Shown piece by piece: positions 22,766-33,619 of a DNA stretch of 64,000 nucleotides. The stretch is taken from assembly GCA_040285825.1 (NCBI GenBank), contig JAUPSS010000001.1, positions 2,728,001-2,792,000 on the forward strand, in the 5' to 3' direction. The translations under genes were made by a program, and so were the position numbers. The notes beneath the pieces were generated by a model. That model saw only the letters and a list, made by a program, of their open reading frames with translations, had not been told where the DNA came from and did no database searches. This DNA is from Eukaryota sp. TZLM1-RC (Eukaryota > Protista > Metamonada: BaSk clade). Numbering within the stretch: position 1 is the stretch's first letter; each line of letters opens with the position of its first letter.

Positions 22766-25524
22766 AGTTATTCAAGAGATGATTGTTAAATTGACCAAAT
22801 TGTAGGAAGGACATATTTTTTACTCAAATTGTATTGCTTCGATTGCTTTCACAATCATGAGGAACCAGTCCTGTTTTTCAAAGGACTTATTGAAGCCACT
22901 GTATGGGTGGTCAAAACATTCGCCAAAAAATAGTCAATTAAAACAAGATGACAGAGCAAGCCTAAATGTGAATGATTTTCTTCAACAGCTGTTCAAGGAA
23001 ATTAAGGGTAAACTACCGGCCCAAATTGCTCAAACTTTGAAACTCATAATGGCTAATATTTTTATTAACCATTAAATAACCACTATTACCATTATTACCC
23101 TTAGTTGCCCACAATTTATACTCATATCACTGACGGAGGAGTGACCCGCAGTTTGTATCATTGTGTGACAAATATTCACAGGTCTTTCATGGTGAAAATT
23201 CAGTTACACTTCTTCGAACATTTTTGCCAGTTCATTGTTGCTTTGGAAGTAGAAAAAAATCTTGATTCACCAGATAAGGACGAAATGGTGAAACCTATTT
23301 TTCGAATGTTTGATCATGAACTAAATAGTATTCAAACTGTTGACTTTAACAATATCAGTATCAAGCTTGAAAAATTTCTGATTGTTATAAGTAATCCACT
23401 CAAAATTCAAATAGTGGATGAGGATGATGTTGTCCAAGAACTTCAGGATGAACAAGGAGAGTCAAACAAAGAAGTGGAAAATGGAACTATGCTCTTGGAT
23501 TTACAAACTTTTGATGAGGATTCATTATCAGACTTTTCATCAATTTCCATCAGGGATAAAAAAATGATCAGAAAACTGTGAACACACTAAAGATATTGAG
23601 GACAGATTCCTGTGGATCACCTTGGAAAAATTCAAGAGTGCACTTTTAGACCAGGCCAAACACCATTTTAGGCATCAATTGTTGGCAAGGTACAAATCAA
23701 TGAAATCATTGTTCATCTATGAAGAAAAACTTGATGAAAACATCTACACTGCAACAGAATGCAAAACTGTAAATGATATGCTCCAGCAAATGAAATTCAT
23801 TTTGACTATTTTAAAATGCAAATCAAAGATAGGAAACTTAGTTACCTAATTTATTCTATGATATACAGGTACATTGAGAAAAATATCTTCAACAATCTTT
23901 CATGCTAATGGTGGATGTCAGCCGTATTTCTCCGGAATTAATCGCAAATGATGAAGGGGAAAACGTAATCCTTTATTCTTTTGCAACGTTTTTCCTAATA
24001 GAACATCACTTTCTTCGGCGTATATGTGGGTTGAAAATAGAAGTATGCAAATTTTTATTAATCATTCATGAAAACTGTCTGGTGAATCCGGTTTATTGCC
24101 GTGACCAAAGATACTCATGGTTACTTCTTTGACGGAAGTATTCTGACAGATGGCTTTGGAGTTTCTGTTCAACACAAGCGCAATGATTTGAAGAAATGTA
24201 AGGACAAACAAAAAGAAAGGGATGAATTATTTCTTCATGATCTTTGTGAAGACGAACTGAATTCTTTAAATGGTAAGTTCATTGCTGGAGTAGACCCGAA
24301 CGAATATTATTCCAGTTTGGTATCAGTATCAGAAACTTTGAATTCCAAAGGAACTTCCTTACCAAATAAGTCAATCATATGTTGCTGAGATGACTGAAGC
24401 AGACAGAAAAATGTGAAAAATTCATAAAAAATAAGAGGCGTTTGGAAACAATAGGGAGCAAAAAAGAAATAGAAATAAAATAGAAAAATCCAAAAAACAA
24501 AAAATCCAAAAAATCATTTAATGAAAAAAAAACAAAAATTACAAGAAAAAAGAGACAAACTAATTATTGCTTCTTAATCTGCTGGTAGACGAATCTTTGA
24601 ACTTCAAAAAGAAAAGTTGGATCTCTTCTCGATTTCACATTCCAAGAATTTTATTTACCATCTACGCAATCGGAGGTATCATTACAAGAAATACCTGATA
24701 AATTATCAAAATATTCCAAATAAATGTTCGAATCTACAGCAATTCAGGGAGTACATTAAAATGAAGTTACTCGACGATGAATTGCTCTGTCCCATTTATC
24801 AAGACCCTTTGTTTAGTCAAATATATGAATAAACAAAAGAGTGAGGCCACCAGGGTTAACTGATAAAAAGCCAAGTTAAGGGCTGATGCTCAAAATATTG
24901 TAATTGGTTTTGGTGATTGGGACGCTAAGATCAATCGTAAAAGTAATGCCAGTGCAATCAGAGGTGTTGGGCTATTGAGAAAAAATTGAGAAAAAGTGGT
25001 ATAAAATTATACTTGGTAGATGAGTATCATACCAGTAAGAGATGTGCTGCTTGTGTTGAGGATCATCGTGAAGGAGATACCAAATGCAATGTAAAGGTCA
25101 AAAATCCTATTGCCCAGAAAAGATTCAAATGTAAGAAGAAGAGGTTAAAGTATGACTTACCAGTGCCTAAAAAACAGTATCATGAAGTTGATTTTATTCA
25201 AAATCTTGAAAAAAAATTCAAGATCTTCAACACAATTGGAATCTAAAAAAGGACAATGTCAAACTAGTCCCATGCCATGGACTGCTACACTGTCGAAACA
25301 GTGAATGTGGCGTCCATTGAGAGAGGGATGTTAACAGTGCTCTAAACATGTACAGGATTACGTACTCTCATATTCATCATTATTGTAGACCAATGGTACT
25401 GCAACGATCAGTGAGTTTGGGAAAAAAAGTTTAGAGTATTAGTAATTAGATTTATTAGCCTGTATAAGAACAGGCATTTTTTGAGTGCCAATGAATAGAA
25501 ATTGTGGTTTTGAAAGGATTGTCA
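22766..25524 (+). mobile_element. Fanzor1-like element F2, nearly full length but broken by stops and frameshifts
   Basis: FDGSILTDGFGVSV, IAGVDPN (RuvC-I), IGFGDW, LVDEYHTSKRCAAC (RuvC-II), HGLLHC...ERDVNSALNM (RuvC-III), stop at 25434. The downstream hairpin region ends ATTGTCA. Confidence 0.88.
25435..25524 (+). ncRNA. Candidate omegaRNA / right end of Fanzor F2
   Basis: Hairpin gcctgt-ataaga-acaggc with an overlapping alternative ggcattt/gagtgcc. The terminal ATTGTCATTTT is shared with F4b. Confidence 0.45.
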
Positions 25525-25838
25525 TTTTCCCTTCTTGAACCTTGGATCTCTGTAGGAAAACTGGTCTACCTCCACTATTTACATGTTTGTTCACTACTAT
25601 CATTGAAATTTATAGAGATATTAACAAACTCGACTGGATCGTACGTTGATTAACATTTGCAAATATACACAAATTTTAGCTTTCATCTACATTTAGGACT
25701 TTCAGGTTACTGGTTGTGTACCATCAATGAAACAATCAGCACGAATAGTGTCCCAAATTAAGATCTTATGATGATCGTTTTTAATTTTAATAAAACATCA
25801 GCAAAAGTACAAAATTTTTGTTTATGATATTATATAAA

Positions 25839-26490
25839 TCTGAATTGTTCTAAATTGATAACTTATCGTTCTTCATTACTTGATGCTGTTAGAGACACTG
25901 TTTTCAATATGGCACAAACTGCAAGAATATCGTGTATCAAAGAGCCTCTGCTGAAGGAAACACTTTCTCTGAATAATTTTGGTTCTGATGATAGAGGTGA
26001 TGTATACTGTGATTGGATTGATAATTCTGAAGCTATTGTTGACTTTGTCTCATGTAATGTTGCAAATGATACTTTGGTTCACAGAAGAAAACTTAATCCT
26101 GTGAGTCATTTTACAGCAAAAAAAACATAGAAAATATGATAAAGATCTTGAAGAGGCTAATGCTGATAGAAATACACAGCTGGTTTTTATTACTTTCCCA
26201 TTTTCGATAAATGGAAGATTATCAGATGAAGCAGAAACTTTTTTGAATGACTTCCAAAAAATGGTTCAAGAAAAAACAATGAAAAGATTTGATATTTTTT
26301 TATGGTGTGCACGAATTCAATTTGCCATTATTAATAGATTACCTCGGTTTTTCAATCGAATACGAGAAGCTTTAGCTAGACAGCAACCAGATCAAGATTT
26401 TGTAGAGGAAATCTTGGTTCAATGATAGTCGTCCCATTAGTTATGAGTTAATTTAATTAAGTGTGCAATTTCTGTAAATATTTATATCAT
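25839..26490 (+). mobile_element. Family C CRE-like 3' end
   Basis: Homologous to 2900-3550, including the 3' UTR. Confidence 0.9.
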
Positions 26491-26494
26491 AAAT

Positions 26495-27392
26495 TTATTT
26501 TTAAAACCACAATCTAAAAGTCAATATCTTCAAAACAAGCTTCCACACCATCAAACCTCACAACAGCAATGTCTTTGTAATGTGCACTGACAGACATCAA
26601 TGCTCTCGAAATCATTTCAAAAATTGATTTGAAAATAGTAAAAACAATACGATTTAACCACAAACGACGATCAAAACGCTAATTCATTCTTCTTTTTACC
26701 AAATTTTCATAATCATCAATAAAATTCATGGCAATTTTTCCAAGACGTCCATACAACGATATAGCAAACAGACAAGTTTGGTGATCTACATGGCGAACAT
26801 GTTTCAATTCTTTTAAAGGATTTGCATATTTTGTTCCTTCTACACAATTCTGAATCATCAAGGGGAGATACTTCGGATTGTGCATTTCTCAAGGCATTTT
26901 TCTTGCAAACATCCACTGTTACGACATCAACAACATTCAAGACATCATCAAAAGAGGGCACAGCAACATCAGCACGTTGTGTTCCATATTCTGAATCTCT
27001 CACGTTTTCATTTACATCAAGACATCTCAACAAAGGTTCTGCAAATAATTCGCTATGATAGGAATTACACATCGCATGGATTTGATCTCTGACTGCATCA
27101 TATAATGTAGACCAATAAGAAATAAATATGTTGCAATTGAATAAATGTGATAATGTCAAACCAGCTCCACATTTACAAAACAAATCATTGGGCAAATTAC
27201 AGAGCCACAAATAACAACGCATTCTCATTGTAGTAGTCCATTGATCGTCATTTAAAAACACCACCAATGAAAGCAGCCTTGGTTACAAACTTTGATGAAT
27301 TAAATCCAACACCACCAAGTTAAACATCAGCAAAAATATGGTTTTGCAAAATTGATGGATCAACAGACATCAAATAAGCCAAAAATTCTGAC
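26495..27392 (-). mobile_element. Family D CRE-like 3' portion (internally deleted)
   Basis: CKCG...HLFNC, DAVRDQ, EP and RADV...D endonuclease motifs. The 3' end matches 630-840. Confidence 0.87.
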
Positions 27393-27770
27393 TACAAAAA
27401 TAGACTTAGGCAGACTAGTTACTTCCAGTTGTGGGAGAGCTAAATAATAAAAAAATTAAAAGAAATAAAAAATAATAAAAATAAAATAATATTAATAAGA
27501 AAATAATTATGAAATTAAAAAAACAATAATTAAGCCCCATCTGGAAAATTTACAATTTGTGAAGTTCAATTTTATGCCGTATCAGGATGTGTAAAATTTC
27601 TGTAAACTATCCAAAATTGAGAGCTTGGTGACTAATTGGATTGATTAAAACAAAGAAGAAAACTGAATTTAATGGAAAATAAAAGAAGAAAAACCGTAAG
27701 TAATAAAGCCAATTAATGAAGAACAAAACTTGACTTCAGAAAACAAAAACTAATTCAAAACTAAGGAAAA

Positions 27771-30700
27771 CTACTTGGGTGCAAAACCTAAAAACTTCCG
27801 AATTAATAATCGTTGATTTATAAAATTATTTGTTTGCATTAACAAACCTTCCAGCTCCTGCGTTGGCCCAACTAACTTTTGGAATAACAGTCTGGGGTAA
27901 TGTTGAACAACTGAGACATTTGGAACAGAGACTGGGAGTGGTGGAGAACTAAAGATTGAAGGATTTTCCAAATAAGAGAAGGTGATGTAAACATCTCTCA
28001 AGAACGAAAATAATTCTCCAGGAATGTCTAAAGAAATTGGAGATTGATGTAGAGATAGCAGAATATAATGAATGACAGTATCACCAATGACTTGCTGAAG
28101 TTCAGGTTGTTGTAGGGCTGAGACAAAAAACTTATCCAAAATAGCCAGGAATCTTGTGAAGGGAGCAACATTGATAACTGGTAAAAGTGAAGCCAGCATT
28201 GTGATTATTTGGCCTGAATACTGAGGGTATTGCAGACTTGTGATTCCAGCATCAACAGCAGCATTTGTCTGAGGGTCAACTTTAAATAATTTGCCAATAA
28301 CTGATATGAATTCTTTTGCAAACTCGAATAACCTCTTCTCAAAATTGATTTCACTATTCAAAGACTCGTTTCCAGTGGCAGTGTTTGACAATTGATGATG
28401 TTGATTGTATCCTGCACTGATTCTCTTCACAAAGGAATCACAGAGAGGAACCAAAGTGGATGACAGGAGAACACAAGGATCATCAATCGAAGGTAAAGCA
28501 AAAATCACAGACTCAAGAAAAGTTTTGATGAAAATCCTTAAATCAGTCTCTGAAATGAATGAAATCAAAGGGAAAAAATTAGTTTTTAAAGAATCAAATA
28601 ACTCGGTGCTGAAAATAAAATACTTGTAAGTACCTTGAGTTAAAAAGGTCATGCAAAAACCTTTAACATGATGAATGACAAAATTAAAAGCAGCTACTTG
28701 AGTTTCAACTTTTGCAGTTCCATTTTCCAGCACAATATAGTCTGCCGCAAAAACTTCATCAGAAACAGAAGTGGAAACGTCAACATTGGGGTCAACAAAC
28801 TCTTTGAATGGAACTGAAGAGAAACATGAAGGAGATTGTAGTGATAATAAGAAAATATAAGTCTGAAACACAATTTGGTAAACTTGGTTGAAAAGTTCTA
28901 CTGAGCATAGGGTTCTTTTGACAACCACAGCTATATAGGCAAATGACCAATAAAATTTGGATCTTTTCTCTATATGCTGCCTGGTGACGATGTCCGAATT
29001 CATGCCAAAGTAATCAAAAAATGATTTAGCTTCATTCAAAAAGTTTTCTTGTTTAAATAAATGAAAATCAGCAATCAGAGGCGAGAAAAGATTAGAGATT
29101 AACTGAATGCTTTCATTTCTATCAGTAATATTATTTGCAGCTTCAGCAATAGCTTCATATAGATATAACTTAGCATCATCTGGAATTTGTGAGCCAAGAC
29201 ACAATGCCATTTCAATAACAAAATCAGCAACTTTAATAAACTCAGTTGGACAGTTAGTAGCCAAATCCAACACACAAGTAGCAGCTTTCCTTCTTGCCGA
29301 GCTAGTGTTTTTACTTGGGAAGTTGGGGGATTCACCAGGTTGATTGAACGAACACCATGACAGTAATCTATTGACTATAGAATTAAACAGATTAAAATTA
29401 GGTGAAACTTTGGAAATAAAAGAGTATACGGAAACGAAAATGTTGGAAATATTGAGTATTAGGAAACAATCTTCAATAATAAGAGATGATATATATTCTA
29501 AAAGAACCGTACAATTGGAAACTAAATTATTAATTATTTCAGAACTATTAATTAGGTCGATATTTATCTTGTTCATAACAGTTTCTAAAATGAAAATACT
29601 TGATTCTAACTTAATAACACATCCAGAATGTAAGGTCAAATTTGGTTGTTTTTGAGCGACACGTGATTGATGACGTGACATGGCGTTTGTGATTTCATTG
29701 CAAAGAAGCGAGAAGCAAACTCTTATTAAGGTTTGGCAATTCGAATTCGATATCAAAAAATTCAAAAAACTTTTAAAGCCACTTCGCAACTGTGATAGAA
29801 ACCCAAAATACAAATCCTGACTTTCAAAATCAATTACAATCAATTCACGTATTTGATTGATTAACCGGTCAGAATCAATATTAGGATCCTCATCTAATTT
29901 CGACGGATGACCCGTTTTTCCGATCATTGGAATTGACTTTTCTAGGACAAAGGTCAAAAATCTCTCATCATCCATCCATGAAAAATCAAGACCATCACGT
30001 TTAAACCTTCCGAATTCAGAAAGACACTGCATAATTAAACTAAACAATTTTTGGGAGGGGTGATGTGTCCAATTCACCAATACATTAGTTAGAGATTTTA
30101 CAATTTCCAAGTTCATTAAAACATGAAATTTCGTGGTAAAAGAAGATAATAATTCAATTAATTTGGTATGGAAAGTGTATTCAAAGAGCCTTCCTGCTTG
30201 ATACACATTGTGGGACTCAGTCAGAATTGTTTTGAAAATTGATTGAAATGCAGCTTTTTGAGCTATATCAATTTTTCGAATAGTGAGCTGATGAAAGAGA
30301 TCAACGACCCCTTCTCGAAAATTTATGGAAAAATTTGACTGAGACAAGGTTGAAACCAAACGTGATAATGATGGAACATCATCAAGGAAACCGGAAACTG
30401 AACAGTTGATGACAGTTGATACACAGTTTAAAACGGAAACTGATTGATTATTGATGATGGTCGGAATTAAACTGTGGAAAAGAGGAAAGAACTCTGAAGC
30501 AAGAACCGAAACAACCCCACGAACTTCTTTTCTGGTCCCTTCAGAAGAACAATGCTCAAAAATGTAGGAAATAATGATAAAAAATTGATTGAGTGATTGC
30601 TGGTCTGACAGGTTAAAATAACTAATCAAATCGCCAATCAAGACTCTTGCAGTTTCCAAACAGGTAAAGTACTTTTTACAACATCTTCCTACCACATCTG

Positions 30701-31088
30701 CTGTTTTACCAAACACTTTTTCCTTATTTTCAGAGCAACAAAGCAAACTAAACCCCACCAGAAAGTTAAAGATTGTTTGATGAAGTTCAGGGGGAAGAGA
30801 GGTCCATTCAGAGTCAATAATATGTTGAATTAGTGAGAGGGCGTAAAAGATAGTATGAATGTTGGTTGTGCAGAGCAAAGAATAAGCGAGACTAAGACGT
30901 TGGTGAGGAGTGTTTGAGGAAGATAATTGGGAGAGAAATTGTTGAGCAGATTGACGTTCAGAATCTGTGGATGATGGAGAAATAATGACTGACAGAGCAC
31001 TTTGTAATTGCTCATGAATTGTGGGTGGTGATGCTTGAGATGAAGAATTGAGTAACTGGGATGCAAGGTTCACATATGCATTGTTCAT
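27771..31088 (-). CDS. Importin-beta family karyopherin, exportin-5/Msn5-like
   Basis: 1105-aa all-helical ORF with an IBN_N-like start (ERQSAQQFL...FYAL..W) and an ARRKAA..L.LA motif typical of exportin-5. Confidence 0.7.
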   Translation of the reverse strand: MNNAYVNLASQLLNSSSQASPPTIHEQLQSALSVIISPSSTDSERQSAQQFLSQLSSSNTPHQRLSLAYSLLCTTNIHTIFYALSLIQHIIDSEWTSLPPELHQTIFNFLVGFSLLCCSENKEKVFGKTADVVGRCCKKYFTCLETARVLIGDLISYFNLSDQQSLNQFFIIISYIFEHCSSEGTRKEVRGVVSVLASEFFPLFHSLIPTIINNQSVSVLNCVSTVINCSVSGFLDDVPSLSRLVSTLSQSNFSINFREGVVDLFHQLTIRKIDIAQKAAFQSIFKTILTESHNVYQAGRLFEYTFHTKLIELLSSFTTKFHVLMNLEIVKSLTNVLVNWTHHPSQKLFSLIMQCLSEFGRFKRDGLDFSWMDDERFLTFVLEKSIPMIGKTGHPSKLDEDPNIDSDRLINQIRELIVIDFESQDLYFGFLSQLRSGFKSFLNFLISNSNCQTLIRVCFSLLCNEITNAMSRHQSRVAQKQPNLTLHSGCVIKLESSIFILETVMNKINIDLINSSEIINNLVSNCTVLLEYISSLIIEDCFLILNISNIFVSVYSFISKVSPNFNLFNSIVNRLLSWCSFNQPGESPNFPSKNTSSARRKAATCVLDLATNCPTEFIKVADFVIEMALCLGSQIPDDAKLYLYEAIAEAANNITDRNESIQLISNLFSPLIADFHLFKQENFLNEAKSFFDYFGMNSDIVTRQHIEKRSKFYWSFAYIAVVVKRTLCSVELFNQVYQIVFQTYIFLLSLQSPSCFSSVPFKEFVDPNVDVSTSVSDEVFAADYIVLENGTAKVETQVAAFNFVIHHVKGFCMTFLTQGTYKYFIFSTELFDSLKTNFFPLISFISETDLRIFIKTFLESVIFALPSIDDPCVLLSSTLVPLCDSFVKRISAGYNQHHQLSNTATGNESLNSEINFEKRLFEFAKEFISVIGKLFKVDPQTNAAVDAGITSLQYPQYSGQIITMLASLLPVINVAPFTRFLAILDKFFVSALQQPELQQVIGDTVIHYILLSLHQSPISLDIPGELFSFLRDVYITFSYLENPSIFSSPPLPVSVPNVSVVQHYPRLLFQKLVGPTQELEGLLMQTNNFINQRLLIRKFLGFAPK

Positions 31089-31092
31089 TGAA

Positions 31093-32650
31093 ACAGATAT
31101 TGTCTATAACAATGAAATAAGTGTCCTTTTTACACCGATGTAGAGGGACTGAGTTGTTGGGAAGTGGAAGATTTTCTTGATACCTTTTTCTTTGAACCTT
31201 AGTCAACCTTGATTCTTTCCAGGTATTCCGGTCTATCTCCACATTTTACATGTGCTTCCATCACTGCCAACATATTAAGCGAAGCATTTCGATCTCTATT
31301 CCACAAACTTTCACATGATTTACACATGGTAAGCCCGTGACGAATAGACATCTCATGCCTCTTCCATGGCCTAGGATTTCTGCACCATCGGAATGTTTCA
31401 ACTGTTTTCTCCGCTTTCTTGCAGTTGAAACAACAGCAACTGGTTCGAAACTCATCAATCAAAAAGACCTTATAACCAGCCTTTTTAAATAGAATTCTCA
31501 AACCTTTTCCTTTGGTAGGTTCTTTGAATTTCATGTGGTCTAAAAGTGCACTCTTGAATTTTTCCAAGGTGATCCACAGGAATCTGTCCTCAATGTCTTT
31601 AGTGTGTTCACAATTTTCTGATCATTTTTTTATCCCTGACGGAAATTGATGAAAAGTCTGATATTGAATCCTCATCAAAAGTTTGTAAATCCAAGAGCAT
31701 AGAGTTCCATTTTCCATTTCTTTGTTTGACTCTCCTTGTTCATCCTGAAGTTCTTGGACAACATCATCCTCATCCACTGTTTGAATTTTGAGTGGATTAC
31801 TTATAACAATCAGAAATTTTTCAAGCTTGATACTGATATTGTTAAAGTCAATAGTTTGAATACTATTTAGTTTATGTTCAAACATTTGAAAAATAGGTTT
31901 CACCATTTCGTCCTTATCTGGTGAATCAAGATTTTTTTCTACTTCCAAAGCAACAATGAACTGGCAAAAATGTTCGAAGAAGTGTTACTGAATATTGATC
32001 ATATAGGAAGTGTGAATATTGGTCACACAATGATACAAACTGCGGGTCACTCCTCTGTCACTGATATGAGCATAAATTGTGGGCAACTAAGGGTAATAAT
32101 GGTAATAGTGGTTATTTAATGGTTAATAAAAATATTGACCATTATTAGTCTCAAAGTTTGAGCAATTTGGCCCGGTGGCTTATCTGCTGCTCCCTTGTAT
32201 AGTCGTTTGAAAAAATCATTGACATCAAGACTTGCTCTTTTTTGTTGTTTTAAATGACAATAGTTTGGCGAATGTTTTTACCACCCATACAGTGGCTTCA
32301 ATAAGTCCTTTGAAAAACAGGACTGGTTCCTCATGATTGTGAAAGCAATCAAAGCAATACAATTTGAGTAAAAAATATGTCCTTCCTACAATTTGGTCAA
32401 TATTAACAATCATCTCTTGAATAACTGTTTGAACAATTGCGTTAGGAACAAAATTTTTGATATCACACTTTATAATTTTCATTGAAGTCGACATTAATAA
32501 TTGTTGGGTATCAGGTTTCAAGAAATGGTTAATAGTATCGAGAACCAAAAGAGCATCAAACCAAAAGACAATAATGCAGCAACTCTTCGTTTCTATAAGA
32601 CCAGGCATTTACAATAGCCTTCAACAATTTTAATTTCCAAGCTGGGCTGG
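31093..32650 (-). mobile_element. Chimeric Fanzor element F3 (N-terminus of the F2 family fused to the C-terminus of another family; no RuvC-I)
   Basis: 31536-32426 is highly similar to 22766-23653. 31199-31535 encodes HMKFKEPTKG...LIDEFRTSCCCFNC...CKSC..WNRDRNASLNM. The left boundary is uncertain. Confidence 0.85.
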
Positions 32651-32659
32651 TTTTTTCTT

Positions 32660-33450
32660 GCCCTTTTCTCGCTCAGTCAGTTCATGTTTACTTTGTTTTT
32701 TCAGCAAACTTGAAGCAACATCAGATAGACTATTTCCAGCACCACACAGGTAAAAATTGTTGCATGATTGAAGAGTATCAATAATTTTGAAATTTTTCAC
32801 ATCTTCAATAAATGAATTCAAAATATCATTTAATGGTTTAGATAAATATTCTTTTTGAATAAATCTTTGCCATAAATGATAGAGCGACTTTTCAAAAAGG
32901 GTAAGTCAAACTGTTTGATGTTATGTCCAGCGAAGTAGTCTGGTTGATAATTATTTACGCAATTATCAAAATTGTAGATCATTTAAAGTTCATCAGGAAA
33001 TAAATGAATAAATGTTCCTGAAGAATCATCAGCAACGACAGAAGAGAGATTAAAATCGGTAGTAGCCACAAAAATATGTTTCTCCTTAGTAACCAATTAC
33101 GATCAATTGAAGTCAAACTCCGCAATGATTACAGAAACGAGTGTTAGAGCATCTTGGTTCAACAGAAACGTCAGATGGCTTTGAAAAATGTTTGCCTAAT
33201 TTTGTTAATTTGACTTCTAAAACAAGAATTTAACTATCAATTTCTGATTTTTTAGAATTTAGAATAACATCAGCGATAAATTGATTGTCTGTTTTGACTA
33301 ATCTTTGTTTTGCGTTGTCTTTTCGATACTCAGAAGTGTCCAAAACTTGAAATAATTCACTGTTTGTTTGTATTCAATTTCAGGAATTGCCTCAATGTCA
33401 ATTCACCAAAAATTGACATTTTTGGAATGAAACATTTCTAATCATTCAAG
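32660..33450 (-). pseudogene. Degraded family-B DNA polymerase 3'-5' exonuclease domain
   Basis: The minus strand gives IDIE (ExoI), NYQPDYFAGHNIKQFDLPFLKSR (ExoII) and FKIIDTL...SLSDVA..LL..K. Confidence 0.72.
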
Positions 33451-33619
33451 ATCAATAGTTTGTTCTGTGGTTTCATCCATATACAACTAATGCTGTGGAA
33501 AAGACTCATTAATAGAAAATTGTGGAATAGCCTCAGATCGATCTAAAGTCAGGTGTGGTTACAACAAAGACGAGTTATTTTGTCCTGTTTTTATTCAACG
33601 GTGTAAATTGTTGCAAATT

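Noticed and set aside
22316-26490. Fanzor F2 as a clean insertion into one family C element (would reveal the TAM)
   Set aside because: The flanking C fragments overlap by about 160 bp and differ in sequence, F2 is 5'-truncated, and about 300 bp of unrelated DNA intervenes.
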